DNA of 64,000 nucleotides. Origin: Lama glama (taxonomy: Eukaryota). A program made the position numbers and the translations under genes. The stretch is taken from positions 104,162,001 to 104,226,000 of the forward strand of contig CM052817.1 of the NCBI GenBank assembly GCA_028534125.1, given 5' to 3'. Shown one piece after another: positions 13,598-27,080 of this stretch (position 1 is its first letter; each line of letters starts with the position of its first letter). The notes beneath the pieces were generated by a model that saw only the letters and a list, made by a program, of their open reading frames with translations, made no database searches and had not been told where the DNA came from.

Positions 13598-14140
13598 CTA
13601 TATTAGTAGAAAACTTGATGCATAAGGCCAACAAATCAGGAGATAATTTCCATTAAAAACATAATTTACTGCTCACAGTTTCCAAGAGCAGGGAAGCTGT
13701 CCACACCACAGGGGCCACATGGGGAAGCACCAGGGCTGGACAGCAGCCTTCACTGTGGTTTCTGCAGGAAGGAACTGGTGAGATAGTGGAGGCAGGCTTA
13801 GGACTGGCTACTCTGAACGATGTCACCAGGGTCTGGAGCAGGGAGGCTCTCCCTGGTTGTCTGGTGCCTGGCCCTGGGGTGATTAAGCCCAGAGGGCAAG
13901 AGCCCAATAAAGGAGGTGGTGGGGAGTATGGACTCTGGGTTGGTTGGTTCTGATGCAAAATGTGCTTGCAGGAGGAGGCTCCTCTTGGAAGGGGGAGATG
14001 AGTGTTGGGAGAGGGGCAGGAGGTCAAGATAAGTTGTCTCCGACATACTACTGGTTCCCTGCGACAAGGTGTGTCCAGATATGCAAGAAGGGCAGATGTT
14101 AAAACACCTAGTTTACAGAAGTTAGAAACAAGGTTATGCA
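13598..14140 (-). mobile_element. LTR remnant, MER21-like
   Basis: caaatcaggagataatttccatt...tttactgctcacagtttccaagag...ggggccacatggggaagcaccaggg. Confidence 0.6.
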
Positions 14141-14159
14141 GTAGATAAACTGAAAAGAT

Positions 14160-14640
14160 GTATCTCCAGCTGGCTATCCCAGTTGGCTCTCCAGACCCAC
14201 TCTCTGCCTTTCTCTGCCCTACTCTGGGACCTTAGAGGTCAACCTTGATGTGTTACATCATTCCAGCTCTCTTCCCCTCTGCTTGTAGGTGGACTCAGCA
14301 ATGAGATACCCTTGGCAGAGACGGAAGGGAGGGAAGAAGAAGGGGCCTGTGTATTTATATTATTCCTGCTCCCTCCCTCCTGCCATTGTTCTGCTTCTAG
14401 TTACAACCTCTATCAGGCTCACCTTGTGCACCACTTCTGCTTTTACCATTCTCTGGTAACATTCACTTTGTCCCTTTACTCTTAGGAGTTGTTATGAAAA
14501 CTCACTCTTCCTACCCATGGGGGGCTTCCCCATCTCTTGTAGATTTTCTGCATGCTGTACATACTTCTGTAAATAGTCCCATCAATACACTATCTTCAGT
14601 TAAACTATTTTTTTTCCTGCTGGGACCCTAATGCTACACA
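14160..14640 (+). mobile_element. ERVL LTR, LTR33-like
   Basis: ctccagacccactctctgcctttctctgccct opening; tgtaaatagtccc...ttcctgctgggaccct ending. Confidence 0.7.
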
Positions 14641-16206
14641 CATTTTTCTAGTTAGGCACAGTCCTGCTAATCCCAGCTTGGTAAAGAAAGGTGTCCTTTG
14701 TACTAACAAAAAGACATCTCCTTTGCCAGGCCCTGTGCCAGGATTCAGGGTTTGGTAAGTAAACACAGACTGCATTTCAGCTCCCATTAGCCTTTTTGCC
14801 CTCTGCTTCACAAACTAGAGAATGCATCCACAGAAGAAAGAATGCATCCATTGTGCTGCACTTAGCATGGAAGGAAATCGTGGAAGGAGAAATAGCAGAG
14901 TCCTGCCTCTCACACAAGTGTTTGTATTTAAGGTTCTTTTCTTATAATACAACTTCATATTAAGAATATGGCTGCATGTGTTACTCACAGTTTTACATGA
15001 CAGATTTCATTCAGACAGAATGCAGTTCTAATACATCACAGTACAACTTATGTTTATGGTCTTTCTCCTGTAATGAAATATTACTGTCTATTTTACATGA
15101 GTTTTTGTTTTGGATGATATACATTTTGGCCTAATGTACGTAGTTCGTGTATAAAAACACACAACTTGCGTAGATTTTTTTTTTTTGGTGGAACTTCATA
15201 GATTCATCAGTGAGACTCAGCTTTAGTGCCCTGAACTAGTATCTGTTAAAAATTGGAGATTTTTATGGAGGTTTGAGAATAACTTGGATAGGAAAATGGG
15301 AGCTTTCTAGTAAGGTGGGCATGAAGGAAGAGTGAGGAGTGAGGCCGAGGGATGAGAGGGACTTAAGACATCCAGAGAGCATATGGCAGTGCCCAGCAAT
15401 GGAAGGCTGGAGAGGAGACCTGCTGGGCTGGCAAAAGGCCCAAGAAGAGTAGTTGGGAAGTGAATGGCATGTATTTCTTATCATTGTAAATTTGCATTTC
15501 TGCAGTACAGTCACACTTAACATTAACGATAATCGTACTCAGGCCCTGAATCCTAATTCAATCATGCAGTCACTTTTCCTTAGCTGTCTGTATCAGAAAA
15601 CACAGATCTTTGTAGCTGCTTTCTTCTGTCTCTCCATCTCTCAAACTACAGTGTAGAAACACGGTCAACAAGCCAATGGTATCTGTCAAATTGTTCAGAA
15701 ACTGTAATTAAGCAGATTATCCATGAGTGAGGTAGATAGCTAAGCTACAAGAATTTTGTTACCATTAATTCAAACCAAAACATGTATCATTTTTAACAAC
15801 TCACTTTGGTAATAAAACCTTATTAATTAGATCTAATTTCATTAAGTTTTTAGTTATTTAAACTTGTTGAAAATTTATCTCTGTTAAGATTTATTAGTCT
15901 GGCCTTATTTATTTATTATACAGCTTATTTAGTATAGATGACTATAAATGAATTAAACATATACTATATAATAAATATTTAATAAATCCAATGCCATAAA
16001 AATATTTTGACATTTTCTTTGTGACTATAGACACTAAAGGCCTTGTTTGAGTAGATGATGATTTATTATGCATGAACAATTTATCTTGAATTTTAGAGTG
16101 GTCCAAAATAATCAAGCAAAAACAAATTAAATTAATTTCTTTCAAATGCAATATCTAATAGTTCTGTTACTTGTTTGAGTTATTGGCTACATACTAAAGA
16201 CTCAGT

Positions 16207-16980
16207 GAAGATGCTCAGTATCACTCATCATCAGGGAAATGCAATCAAAACCACAATGAGGTATCACCTCACATATGTTAGAATTACCATTTTCAAAAAG
16301 ACAAATGTTGGTGAGAATATGGAGAAAAGGGAACCCTTGGGCACTGCTGGTGGGAATGTAAATTGATGCAGCCTCTATGGAAAACAGTATGGAGGTTCCT
16401 TAAAAAACTAAAAATAGAACTACCATATGATCCAGCAGTTTCACTTCTGGATGTTACCCAAGGAAAACAAAAACACTAATTGGAAAGATATATGCACCCC
16501 TATGTTCATTGCAGCATTGTTTACAGTAGCCAAGATATGGAAGCAATCTAAATGCCCATTGATGGATGAATGGATAAAGATGTAATGTATATATACAGTG
16601 GAGTATTATTCACCCATAAAAAAGAATGAAATCTTACCATTTGTGACAACATGAATGCATCTTGAGAACATTACGCTAAGTGAAACAAGTCAGAGACAGA
16701 CAAATAGTGTACAATCTCAAGTATATGTGGGATCTAAAAAAAGAAAAACAGACAAACAAAAAACAAGTCATAGATACAGAGAACAGATTGGTGGTTGCCT
16801 GAGGGGTGGAGAGAATGGGTGAAGGGAATCAAAAGGTACAAACAAACTCTTAGTTATAAAATAAATAAATCATTAGGATGTAATGTACAGCAGTGTCTAC
16901 AGCTAATACTTTGTTACATATTTGAAAGTTGCTAAGAGAGTAAATCTTTCATCTCATCACAAGGAAAAAAATTGTAACTC
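16207..16980 (+). mobile_element. 5'-truncated L1 (ORF2 C-terminus plus L1MA-type 3' UTR)
   Basis: ORF 16175-16366 contains [10 protein letters not shown]...[18 protein letters not shown]; gaactaccatatgatccagcag; tgaaagttgctaagagagtaaatctt. Confidence 0.92.
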
Positions 16981-17774
16981 AGGACTCAATAAAAGTTTAC
17001 TATTTTTATTCTTTCTTTGTATTGGTAACAATTTTTATGACATTAATTGTATCTTGCATACCAAAAGAATTAATAATTTAGGCAATGCAGACATATTACT
17101 GTAGAGCATTTTAGCTTCAAAAAGACTTTCTATTGTACTTGGTATTTTGAATATTTTCTGAAAGTCACTTTTTTGATAGAGTTGATGAATGAGTCACATT
17201 ATTCATATGTTGAAATTGGATGCAAAAATGAACAATGAAGCATTAGGAAAAGTACAAAAATAAGGTGACCCCTCAGTGTATCTGCCACAGAGGAGTCACT
17301 GTGCCTCCTTGTACATATTTTGGTTGTGTCTTTTTTAATAAATACAGTGTTGAGAAAGATACTTTTAATAAAATATCTCTGAATTTGAACATTTTTAAAG
17401 AGATAATACACCCATTTTCAGGGAGTATATATGTATTGGAGATTTAATTAACAAAATGCATGCACATAATCTCAAGAAGTAATATTCCACTCCAGTTCTC
17501 TGCTCCAACGCATTCCTAGAAACCATCCTTGCTTTTACTTTTCTTAGGGTTTGCACTCATCAGTTTCCATGACTCAACATGTCTAACTCTTGTCAATGCC
17601 CTTGACTCACAGAAGGATACATGAAAAATAGCTCATTTTTAAATCCCCATCATTTCTATCCACCCCTACTCTAATATTTTAAATAAGATTATTGTGATTC
17701 ATTTTCTACCAAGAGCCTTGTAACTTAATTTTTTTTACAGTATTTTTTTCTTTGTTAAATATATAAAAATATAT

Positions 17775-18093
17775 CAAAGTATAGTCAGTTTACAATGTTG
17801 TGTCAGTTTCTGGTGTACAGCATCGCGTTTCAGTCATACATACACATATGTATATTCCTTTTCATATTCTTTTTCATTATAGGTAATACAAGATAGTGAA
17901 TATAATTCCGTGTGCTATACAGCAGAAATGGATTTTTTTGAGAATCCTTCTGTATTTCGAAGCAAGAGACACTGCCAGAGTTCAGTATGTTCTGTGTGAT
18001 TCAGTGGGTTTGTAGATGTAATTCTCAGTGTATTTGTGGGAGAGGGCGAGCTGTGAGTCTCTCTACTCTGCCATCTTGGCTCAATTCCTCCCC
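17775..18093 (-). mobile_element. Bipartite L1-derived element: L1 5' terminus joined to L1 3' terminus
   Basis: Minus strand starts GGGGAGGAATTGAGCCAAGATGGCAGAGTAG...CCCACAAATACA (L1 5' end with YY1 motif) and near 17932 switches to the 3' UTR seen in other L1s here. Confidence 0.8.
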
Positions 18094-19599
18094 TTGTTAA
18101 CTTTAAGTACGTATTAGAATCTTCTGTTTCTGGTTCCATAAACATTAGCCATTAACTTGGCACTCTTTACTACAAAAGATGATAAGTTTGTATCTTCCAC
18201 CCCCCCCACACCATTGTTTATTCCCCTTCAACTTCCCATAAAAATCTCACACAGATTTTCATGGTAGGATTTGTTCGTCTTTCCCTCATTTTTTTTTTCT
18301 TGCAGAACAAAGTAAAGCCTTGTGTTCTCACAGACTCCAAATTATCTTCTCTTACCATCTCCTTCCCCTCCATCCACTGTATTTCCTTCTGAACATGTCC
18401 AGTCTACGCTCCAATCTCACCGTCTCAGCAAAACATTCCCTCTTAAAAGGTACTGATTCACTCATGCTGAAAATGACGCTACATTATTGATGCCACACAG
18501 ATTTATATGATACTGTGTTATCTTAATTACAAAACAGAGGCTGTTTTTATGTCTTACCCCCTCCGTGGTGCACTTCCCTAGTGCTTTCTCACACCCTCTG
18601 CAGGGCCAGCTACCATTCTGGACTCTCAGGAAACACCCCACAGAGTTGTTGGATTGTAATTAAAAGATGAGGACACTCACACATGTCGTCTATGATCAGG
18701 GAAAATCTTTTGTATTAAGGTTAATGTTTCATTTGTGTCAGTAGTTTGATCTTGAAGACAGTAGGTTATTATACCAGGTTGGTGTAGAGCAGCATTTCAT
18801 CACTGACAGGATTTATGATAAGAATAAAGTCTTTTTAGGATGAATATTAAAAATGCCTTGGCTGCACTTGGCGGTTATAAAACCATAGAAAAGGTGCATT
18901 AACTCCTGCTCTAAATTTTTAAACCACAGGCTACATTCTCATTTTTCTCCAAAATGCTATCTTTTGGGGGGAGGTTGTTACTCCCTTCTTTCTATGGAAT
19001 ATTTCCATTTGTTATTATACGAAAATAATATTCTTTTCAAATCTAAATTTAAAATGGACCTTTTCTAAAAGGTGAAAATACTATTATTTATAAATAGAGG
19101 AAACAGTAACAGATATGTCTTATTATGTATTTCTTTTCAGAAAATGCAGCTGGCCTCCAGTTGGCTTTTCCTTTTCCAGGTGTTTTTTCTATTCACTCTT
19201 GTCAGTTTGTCACTTGTAAATCTCCAATGAAAGGCAGAACCCAGAAAGGAAAAAAAAGATGCTTTTCCAAAAATTTCCTCAAAAGAATACAACATTAAAG
19301 GAAGTACAATTTATTTTGAAAAAACATTTATCTTTGCAGGATGAGGTCAGTTGTCAGTCGGTCCTACCTGGATCTTAGATTGTACAGAAGGTCTAGGTAT
19401 GCAACTCTTTTTCAAGAGCTTTTCCACCTTCAATAGTCAAAACTCCCTCTGGAGAAAGCTTGGGGAAGATTTACAACGGGTATTTGTTGCCATGTTGTAA
19501 AATCACCAGACCTCTCTCCAAGTTAGTATGTTGCAGGTCTGTAAAGTGACTCAGGTCTATGGTGAAATTAAGGGACTGGGAAACCCAAGTGGTGACTTG

Positions 19600-20607
19600 A
19601 TTCAAATGTATCCCCATGACACACGGGTGCTTTATCTCATATTTTATCCAGAATCCTTGGTGAACACTCTCACATTGGTAGCTTTGGCTTAGTCCAGTAT
19701 CACTCCAATGTCATAGTTTCTCTTCCTTTGTGTAACATCTTTAGAATATTTCCTGACACTCATCCTTAGCTCTTGACAAATGAAATTATCAAAGATCCTG
19801 CAACTTCTTCAGTGTATACAGTTTCCCCCTTTGGCAAGGACTATGCACTTTTTTCTCTGGTTAATACGCAGATACGTCTCCTCATGAGACTGAAGGCAGT
19901 GAGGGGTGGTGAAGACAGATCTTGAGAACAAAATCAGCATATTATTTTTGAGGTAACCGCCCAAGCAAAGTCACTGAAACATTTCTTTGCAAGGATGATT
20001 GGTTTCCTGAGCTGAAGGAGCAAAGCTGCCTCCACTAGTAAGAACATTGCAGAAGGATTTTTAGATCCACATTTCAGCTTTGAGTGCTTTTGCTTGGCAT
20101 CTAGATCCCTAATGTCATCTACCCACTCCTTCTCTACAAATTTTCCTTCCTTGGGCATAAATGATTTGGCAAGTTATGCATTTCAGTGACATTATAACTC
20201 TGTAGTCTCAGTCAGATGCTGGATTTGATCTTCAACCCTGTCTGCCCTGTACTCCTTACATATAAAGGGTTATTTTAAGGCTGCTCTTAAGATTTTCTGG
20301 ATCTCCACCTGTGACATGAATCAGGAGGTCAGTGTTTGGAACATACATTTGTTTTTGTCTGTACTCCTCAGAATAGTCAGAAGCGATCATCTCATCCCAT
20401 AATCTTTGCAATGACTTCTTTTTTTTGCCATAGCAAGTAAGCACCAAAGACAATTGATCACTCAATGATTTGTGCTCAATTAGTAATTCATTTCATGTCA
20501 TTCCAGTGAAAAATTGAAAACATATGACGCCAATCTGTCAGGTTTTCAGTCTGCTCACACGTAGGAAAGAAAGTCCATCACGGAATACTGCTCATGATAA
20601 CAATTAT
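19600..20607 (-). mobile_element. ERVL-class internal region: leader and decayed gag (ERV3-16A3_I-like)
   Basis: Frameshifted translation gives RADRVEDQIQHL, FVEKEW, LYTLKKLQD, ILD*AKATNVRVFTKDSG, collinear with ERVL Gag motifs as I recall them (RAEIAENQ, LIGKEWD, YTPKELQDF, LDQAEFIDMG.LTRDSGF). Confidence 0.7.
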
Positions 20608-21712
20608 TGTATCAGTTGGGGTTGTGGCAGAAGTAGATGGCATGTTCAAAATGGTTTCAATGAAAAGAACTTAAAGGAGACAGAGCTGAGTGAACCAAAA
20701 AGGATGGCGGGGCATGCAGTGGGAACTTAGAGTGGGATCACTGAAGGAAAGAGCAGACACCTACGGCAGCTGACGGACCACTCAGCAGTTGCTCTCTGAA
20801 GAGGAGAGAAGCTGCTGTTAGAAATGCAATGACACAGAGAGGGAAGGAGGAGAATGAATTCCTGGCCTCACTTCATCTCACCCTCTACCCACTCCTGCTG
20901 CCCTGTACTTACCAAACCCAGCTAAGGCCAGAGGGTAAAGAAGTCCCACTGGTGGAGTCAGTGCTGTACCTTGGGATGCAGAGCAGAGCAGAGAAGGCCA
21001 GAGTATAGAAGACTTAGCATATGCTCCAACAATCCCACTCCTGGGCATATGTCCAGGGGGAAATCTAATTAAAAAAAATACATGCACCCCAATGTTCACA
21101 GCAGCACTATATACAATAGCCAAGACACTGAAGCAACCTAAATGTCCATCGACACATGACTGGCTAAAGAAGCTGTGGTATATATATACAATGGAATACT
21201 ACTCAGCCATAAAAAAGAATAAGATAATGCCATTTGCAGCAACATGGATGGACCTGGAGATCATTATTCTAAGTGAAGTAAGCCAGAAAGAGAAAGAAAA
21301 ATACCATATGATATCACTCACATGTAGAGTCTAAAAAAGAAAAAAGAAGACACTAATAAACTTAAGACAGAACAAACTACAGAAAAGAAACAGACTCAGA
21401 GACATAGTAAACAATCTTATGGTTACTGGGGGAAAAGAGGTGGGAAGGGATAAACTGGGAATTTGAGATTTACAAATATTAACCACTATATAAAAATAGA
21501 TAAAAACCAAATTTCTTCTATATAGCACAGGGAAGTATATTCAATGTCTTGTAGAATCTTTAATGAAAAAGAATATGAAAAGGAATATATGTATGTTTAT
21601 GCATGACTGAAACATTGTGCTGTACACCAGAAATTGACATATTGTAACTGAGTATACTTCAATTGAAAAAAAAAAGATGACGACAAGAGGTCAATAGGAA
21701 ATTATAAGCACA
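20608..21712 (-). mobile_element. LTR33-like 5' LTR of the same ERVL, interrupted by an L1
   Basis: tgtatcagttggggttgtggcagaagtagatggca at 20608; LTR sequence resumes after the L1 polyA and ends ggaaattataagcaca. Confidence 0.65.
21018..21675 (+). mobile_element. Lineage-specific L1 3' end
   Basis: ORF 21092-21334 MFTAALYTIAKTLKQPKCPSTHDWLKKLWYIYTMEYYSAIKKN is the ORF2 C-terminus; followed by 3' UTR and polyA. Confidence 0.95.
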
Positions 21713-22059
21713 AGTACTTTAAAAGAATCTCAGTCAATTTCGGAAAGATTTATATTAACTTCTCATGTGACTACAGATTTTAAAATAATGGCAACTAACA
21801 CATAGTAAATGGATTTTGCAATATAACCTATATGGCATCTGAGACCACCCTGTCTTGTTATATTCAAAGTATTATATCTTGAAAACCACAGTGTCATTCT
21901 GTGATGAGTCCATTATTATTTTGGTAAACAAAATATTTGCATATGTATGCAAAAGTCACTATAAAATGCAGAGGTTCAGTGGACCAGGGAATTACATCAA
22001 TTATACAATTGTATATAAATAATAATAAATGTAAGTATAATAATTGTTTTTATTTTTCT

Positions 22060-25000
22060 TGAATGCCTTTATTAGTGAGTATGTAATAGTGTCTAATTAT
22101 GATTTGATTTGCATTTCCAGACTACTAATTATGTTGAGTAATTCTTTATATAATTATCAATTGTATATTTTATTTGGTGTAACATCCATAAAAATAATTT
22201 GATAATTTTATATTTGGTTTTGTCTTTTTATTATTGAGTGATAAGAGTTCTCGCCAGTTTTTGCAATTATAGGTATGTCGAAATAAAGAGACAGAGGTTT
22301 AGGTGATAATGTAGGCGTATTAATATAGACATAGATGTTTATAATCATATATATTAAATATGAAATTAATATATAATTAAAATACAGTATGAAATGAAAA
22401 GATAAGCTGTAGGGTAGAAAAAACAAGTATGTTATTATATATTATTTACATAATATATTTTGTTATGTGTTATATATGATTTATATAATCTAATTTTTTC
22501 CATTCCATAGCTTACCTTTTCATTTATTTAATACACTCTTTGAAACATGGTGGTTTTATTTGAATTATTTTAATCAATTTTTTTCTTTTATATCCATGGC
22601 TTTATTCTGAAAAAAAATATTTGCCTTACCTAACATTGCAGAGTTTTCCTCCTATGCTTCCTTTTAGAAATGTTATTGCTTTCGACCTTAAACTTTGTTC
22701 TAATTTGGATGAGATATATGGTGTGACCTAAGGACCAATATGCATTTCTTTCCAAATGTACATACAGATATTATGGCACCATTTGTTAAAAAGATACACT
22801 ATTGTCTTTGTTGAGCTAACCTGAGGCATTGCAGAAAGACCAGTTGACCGTGGATGTGTGGCTATATCTGAAACCTTCATGTTCATTTCCCTTGGCCCAT
22901 TTGTCTGTCCATATACTAATACCACACAGTTTTGATTACTTAGCTTTATATTAAGTCTTGAAATCTCGAAATCCAAGTTCCTCAGCTGTGTTCTCATTAA
23001 AATTTATTTCGCATCTTGGTTCTTTGTATTTTCATATAAACTTTACAATTAGTGTATCAATTTTTATACAAAGCCTACTAGGATTGTGATTGTGATTGTA
23101 ATTGCATTGAACCTATAAATAAATTTAGGGACGATTGACATAATAATGACACTCTAAAAACATAATTTATTTAAATCTTCTTTATTTTCTCTCAGCAATG
23201 TTTTGTAATCTTATATACGCTTTTTTTAATTTATCCCTAAGTATTCTTGCTTTTGGATGCGATTGTAAATAGTGTTTCGAAAATTACATTTCATCATTAT
23301 TTGTGGGCAGTATATACAAGTACAATTCATTTTTTTATATACAGACTTTCAATTTGGTAATTTGTCTTAATTGGCTTAGTTCTAATTGCTTTTTTAAGAT
23401 TGCTAAGGCTTGTTTGCTTACCTGATCATATTTTCTGAAAACGAAGGCACTACTGACTAGGAATTATGGAGGTGAGCATCTGGTCTTGTTTCTGATCACG
23501 GAGAGGAAAGCACTTGACTGGTTTGTTTGCTTGTCTCTCATTAAGGGGGTGTTAGCTAGAAATTGTTCAGAATATCCATTATCTAGTTGAGGGAAAGTCT
23601 TCCCTTTTCTTCATGATTTGCTAAAATTTTGTCAACAGCTGTTGAGTTTTATTAAATGCTTTTTCTGTATTAATTGCGTCAACCATGTTTTTTTCTTTTA
23701 GTCTTTCCTATGGAGCAATACATTAATTTTTTTATTGTTAAACTAACATGCTTACCTGGGATAAGTGTCTTTTGCTCACGATATATTATCATTTTACATA
23801 CTGCCCTTGAGATTTCGTCTCTGGCTCATGGGCTCTGGTGAAATATACTAGTTGATTTCTAGTTATTTGGGGATTTTACAGATTTCCTTTTTATTGATTT
23901 CTAATTTTATACTTTTGTAATCAGAAGACATATATTTGATTATTTCTCATCTTTCAAGTGCATTCAGTATTTTTGTTACCCAGGGTCTGATGTACCTTGG
24001 TGAATACTCTGTGTGTACTTGAAAAGGATTTCTATTCTGCAGTTCTTGAGTGGAGCTGGTTGACAGCGCTGCTTTAAGAGATACTTTTTTCCACCTCTGT
24101 TGTCAATTACAGAAAGAAGAGTATTGAAATCACAAGCTATCACTGTCGATTTGCCTACTTCTTTCAGTTCTATCAATGTTTGCCTTACTTAGGATCTGTT
24201 AATAATGTACATATTTTTGTTTTTTCTATTTCTTCCTAATGAATTAATCACTTTAACATGTTAAAATATCCCTGTTACTAATAATACTGCTTTTGCTGAA
24301 TTCAAGTTTGAATTCTAGTTTGTTCTGAATAGTGTTTGTGTGATGTATCTCTGTAACCTCTGTGTGTCTTTACATTTGAAGTGTGTCTTACATAGACTAC
24401 ATGTGGTTTGCCCCTGCTGTATTTCTAAGGTCTGACCACTTCTGCCTTTCAGATGGAGTGTTCAGACAATATCTTTAATATAAGTAGCAGTACTCTGCGA
24501 TTACAATTTATCATCCTGCTCTATATTTTATTGTCCCATCTGTTTTTGTTCTCCCCCCTCCCCCTTTTCCTTTGCCTTATTTAGGATTGAGTCTTTTTAG
24601 AATTCAGTTTTGTCTCTATCTTTGGCTAATTAGCTGTCTTCCTTTATTTTATTTTTATGGTGATTTCCAGTGTTTAAATATCCATGGGAACCATCACCAT
24701 ACTGCCTTACATGTGAGAGTATTTTACATATGGAAGACCCTTAAGTCGATATGACCCCTCATTCCTCTCCCCATCCTTTGTCCTACTGTTGCATACATAT
24801 GTACATACATATATATAATAAACTCCACAATGCATTGTTTTAAAGAATCAATTTTTAAATACAAATGTGTAGACGAGACAGAAAGAAGTCTCCTATGGTT
24901 ACTCATACATACACCATCTCTAGTTCTCATCACACCTTTGTGTGGATATAGATTTCCATCTGGTGTCACTTTTCTTCTTCCTCATGAGCGTCCTTTAACA

Positions 25001-27080
25001 TTTCTTGTGATGCAGCACTGCTGGCATATATGTTCTGTTATTATTTGTGTGAACATTATTTTGCCTTTATTTTTGAAGGATATTTTCATCAGTATTTAGT
25101 TTGACTTGACAAGTTTTTTTTTTTTCTTCCAGGTGGACTAAAGAGAAGTCCATGCCATTCTTATTTTTCCTGTCTTGTATTAGATGGGTCTTCTTTTTCT
25201 CTCCAGCATTATTTAAGATTTCCTTTCAGTTGAAGGTTTTCAGAAATTTGGACTTTGGGTCTGTTTTTCTTTATATTTCTTCAGTTTGGGGTTTGATAAG
25301 CTTCTTGGATATGTGGATTTAATTGTCATGAATTTTAGAAAATGTTGACCGTGTTTATTCCAATGTTAATTTCTGCCCCCCCCCCATTTCCTTCTGGTAC
25401 TTCATCTGTCTGAGTGTTAAACTGCTTGATTTTCTCCCACATTCACTTCTTTCCTGCCTATTATTCTACAGTCTTTTTCTTTCTCTCTGTCAAAAATTTA
25501 GATGGTATTTCATTATGTGTTGAAGTTTACTTATTTTTTTCTGTAATGTCTGATTTGGTTTGGAATCTATTTAGTGAATTTTTGTTTCAGATGTTGTATT
25601 TTTAATATGTTTCACTTGTTTTTTTTAAAAAAATCTTGCATTTCTTTGCTCCTACATTTGTTTTCCTCTGAGCCAATTTGTAACAGCTATTATAATGGCT
25701 TGTCTACTAAATACATCATCTCTGTAATTTCTGGATTTGCTACATCATTGATTTTAATCCTGACTATGAATTCTATTTTGCTTATATGTCTAATCATGGT
25801 TTAGTTAATGCCAGATATTATGAATAGTCCATTGTTGAGAATCTGGATGTTGCTTTCTTCCTTTAAAAAGTGCAAACATTTGTTTTCTATGTCTGCGAGT
25901 CTTTTCTCTTTTATAAATAAGTTCATTTGTGTGTTTTTTTTAATATTCTCTATATAAGTGATATCATATGGTATTTTTCTTTCTCTTTCTGGCTTACTTC
26001 ACTTTGAAAGACAATCTCCAGGTCCATCCACATTGCTGCAAATGGCACTATTTCATTCCTTTTAATGGCTGTGTAGTATTCCATTGTATAAATATACCAT
26101 ATCTTCTTTATCCAGTCATCTTTTGATAGACATTTGGGTTGTTTCCATGTTTTGGCTATTGTAAATAGTGCTGCTGTGAACATTTGGGTTTATGTATGTT
26201 TTTGAATTTGAGTTTTCTCCAGATATATGCCCAGTGGTGGGAAAGGATAAATTAGGAGTTCGAGATTTGCAGATACTACCTACTATATATAAAATAAACA
26301 AGAAGTTCATACTGTATAGCACAGGGGACTATATTCAATATCTTGTAGTAACCTATAATGAAAAAGATGTATGCTGCACACCAAAAATTGACACAATATT
26401 GTAAACTGACTATACTTCAATAAAAAAGTACAAAAATTGGTTTCAGTGAGCAGTTAATTTATTTGAGGTTTAGTTGTTTTTTTTTTTTTCCCAGAGGCTG
26501 GCTTTTAAGCTTTATTTAAGGCATGTTTAGAGTAGAATTTATTCTAAGGCATAATCGTTCAGGGATCTCTGCTGAGTAGTGATGATCCAACAAGCTGTCT
26601 TCTCTCACTTGCTGAACCTCAAAACCTGTGTACCCTCTGGAGTTTGCTCGGTCTGTCACTCTCGGGTAGTTATTCTTACCTTCCTTCTTCCTGCAGAGCG
26701 TTGCCTCATGACCACGTGGATTAGTGTGCAGCTGAAGCCTCTAGGAGACCCTCAGACAGATTTCTTCTCCCTTACGTCTTTTATCTCTGGTTCTCTGCTT
26801 CACAGATTTCAACCGTCTCCCACCTCAATCTCTCTCCTCATCTAATACAGACAACCAGGTCCTGGTTTTGTTCTCCTTTTGTACCAGAGTCCAGAAATGG
26901 CTCCCAGGCAGAAAACTAGAAAACTATAAAACAGTAGGAATTATCTCATGGTTTCCTTTTTTAAAAATTCATGGGTCTGGGTTGCCTGGTTGTCCGTTGC
27001 CTGGGAACATTTGTGTAACACATTTTCCCCAGTTTTATATTTCTTTACAATTGTATATAGTTGTCTATAGTAGGAGAGAA
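22060..27080 (-). mobile_element. Large ancient L1M element, highly decayed, with nested younger L1
   Basis: 23976-24176 GKSTVIACDFNTLLSVID resembles the endonuclease GDFNTPLS motif; 22728-22997 resembles post-RT ORF2; T-rich plus strand throughout. Confidence 0.75.
25879..26427 (+). mobile_element. 5'-inverted (twin-primed) L1 insertion
   Basis: 25879-26235 is antisense ORF2 end and 3' UTR; ~26236-26427 is the sense distal 3' UTR and polyA; degenerate TSD aaaaagtgcaaaca / aaaaagtacaaaaa. Confidence 0.88.

Noticed and set aside
19934..20465. Two minus-strand ORFs initially reminiscent of a CABIT/THEMIS-like pseudogene
   Set aside because: Better explained as frameshifted ERVL Gag next to an LTR and leader.
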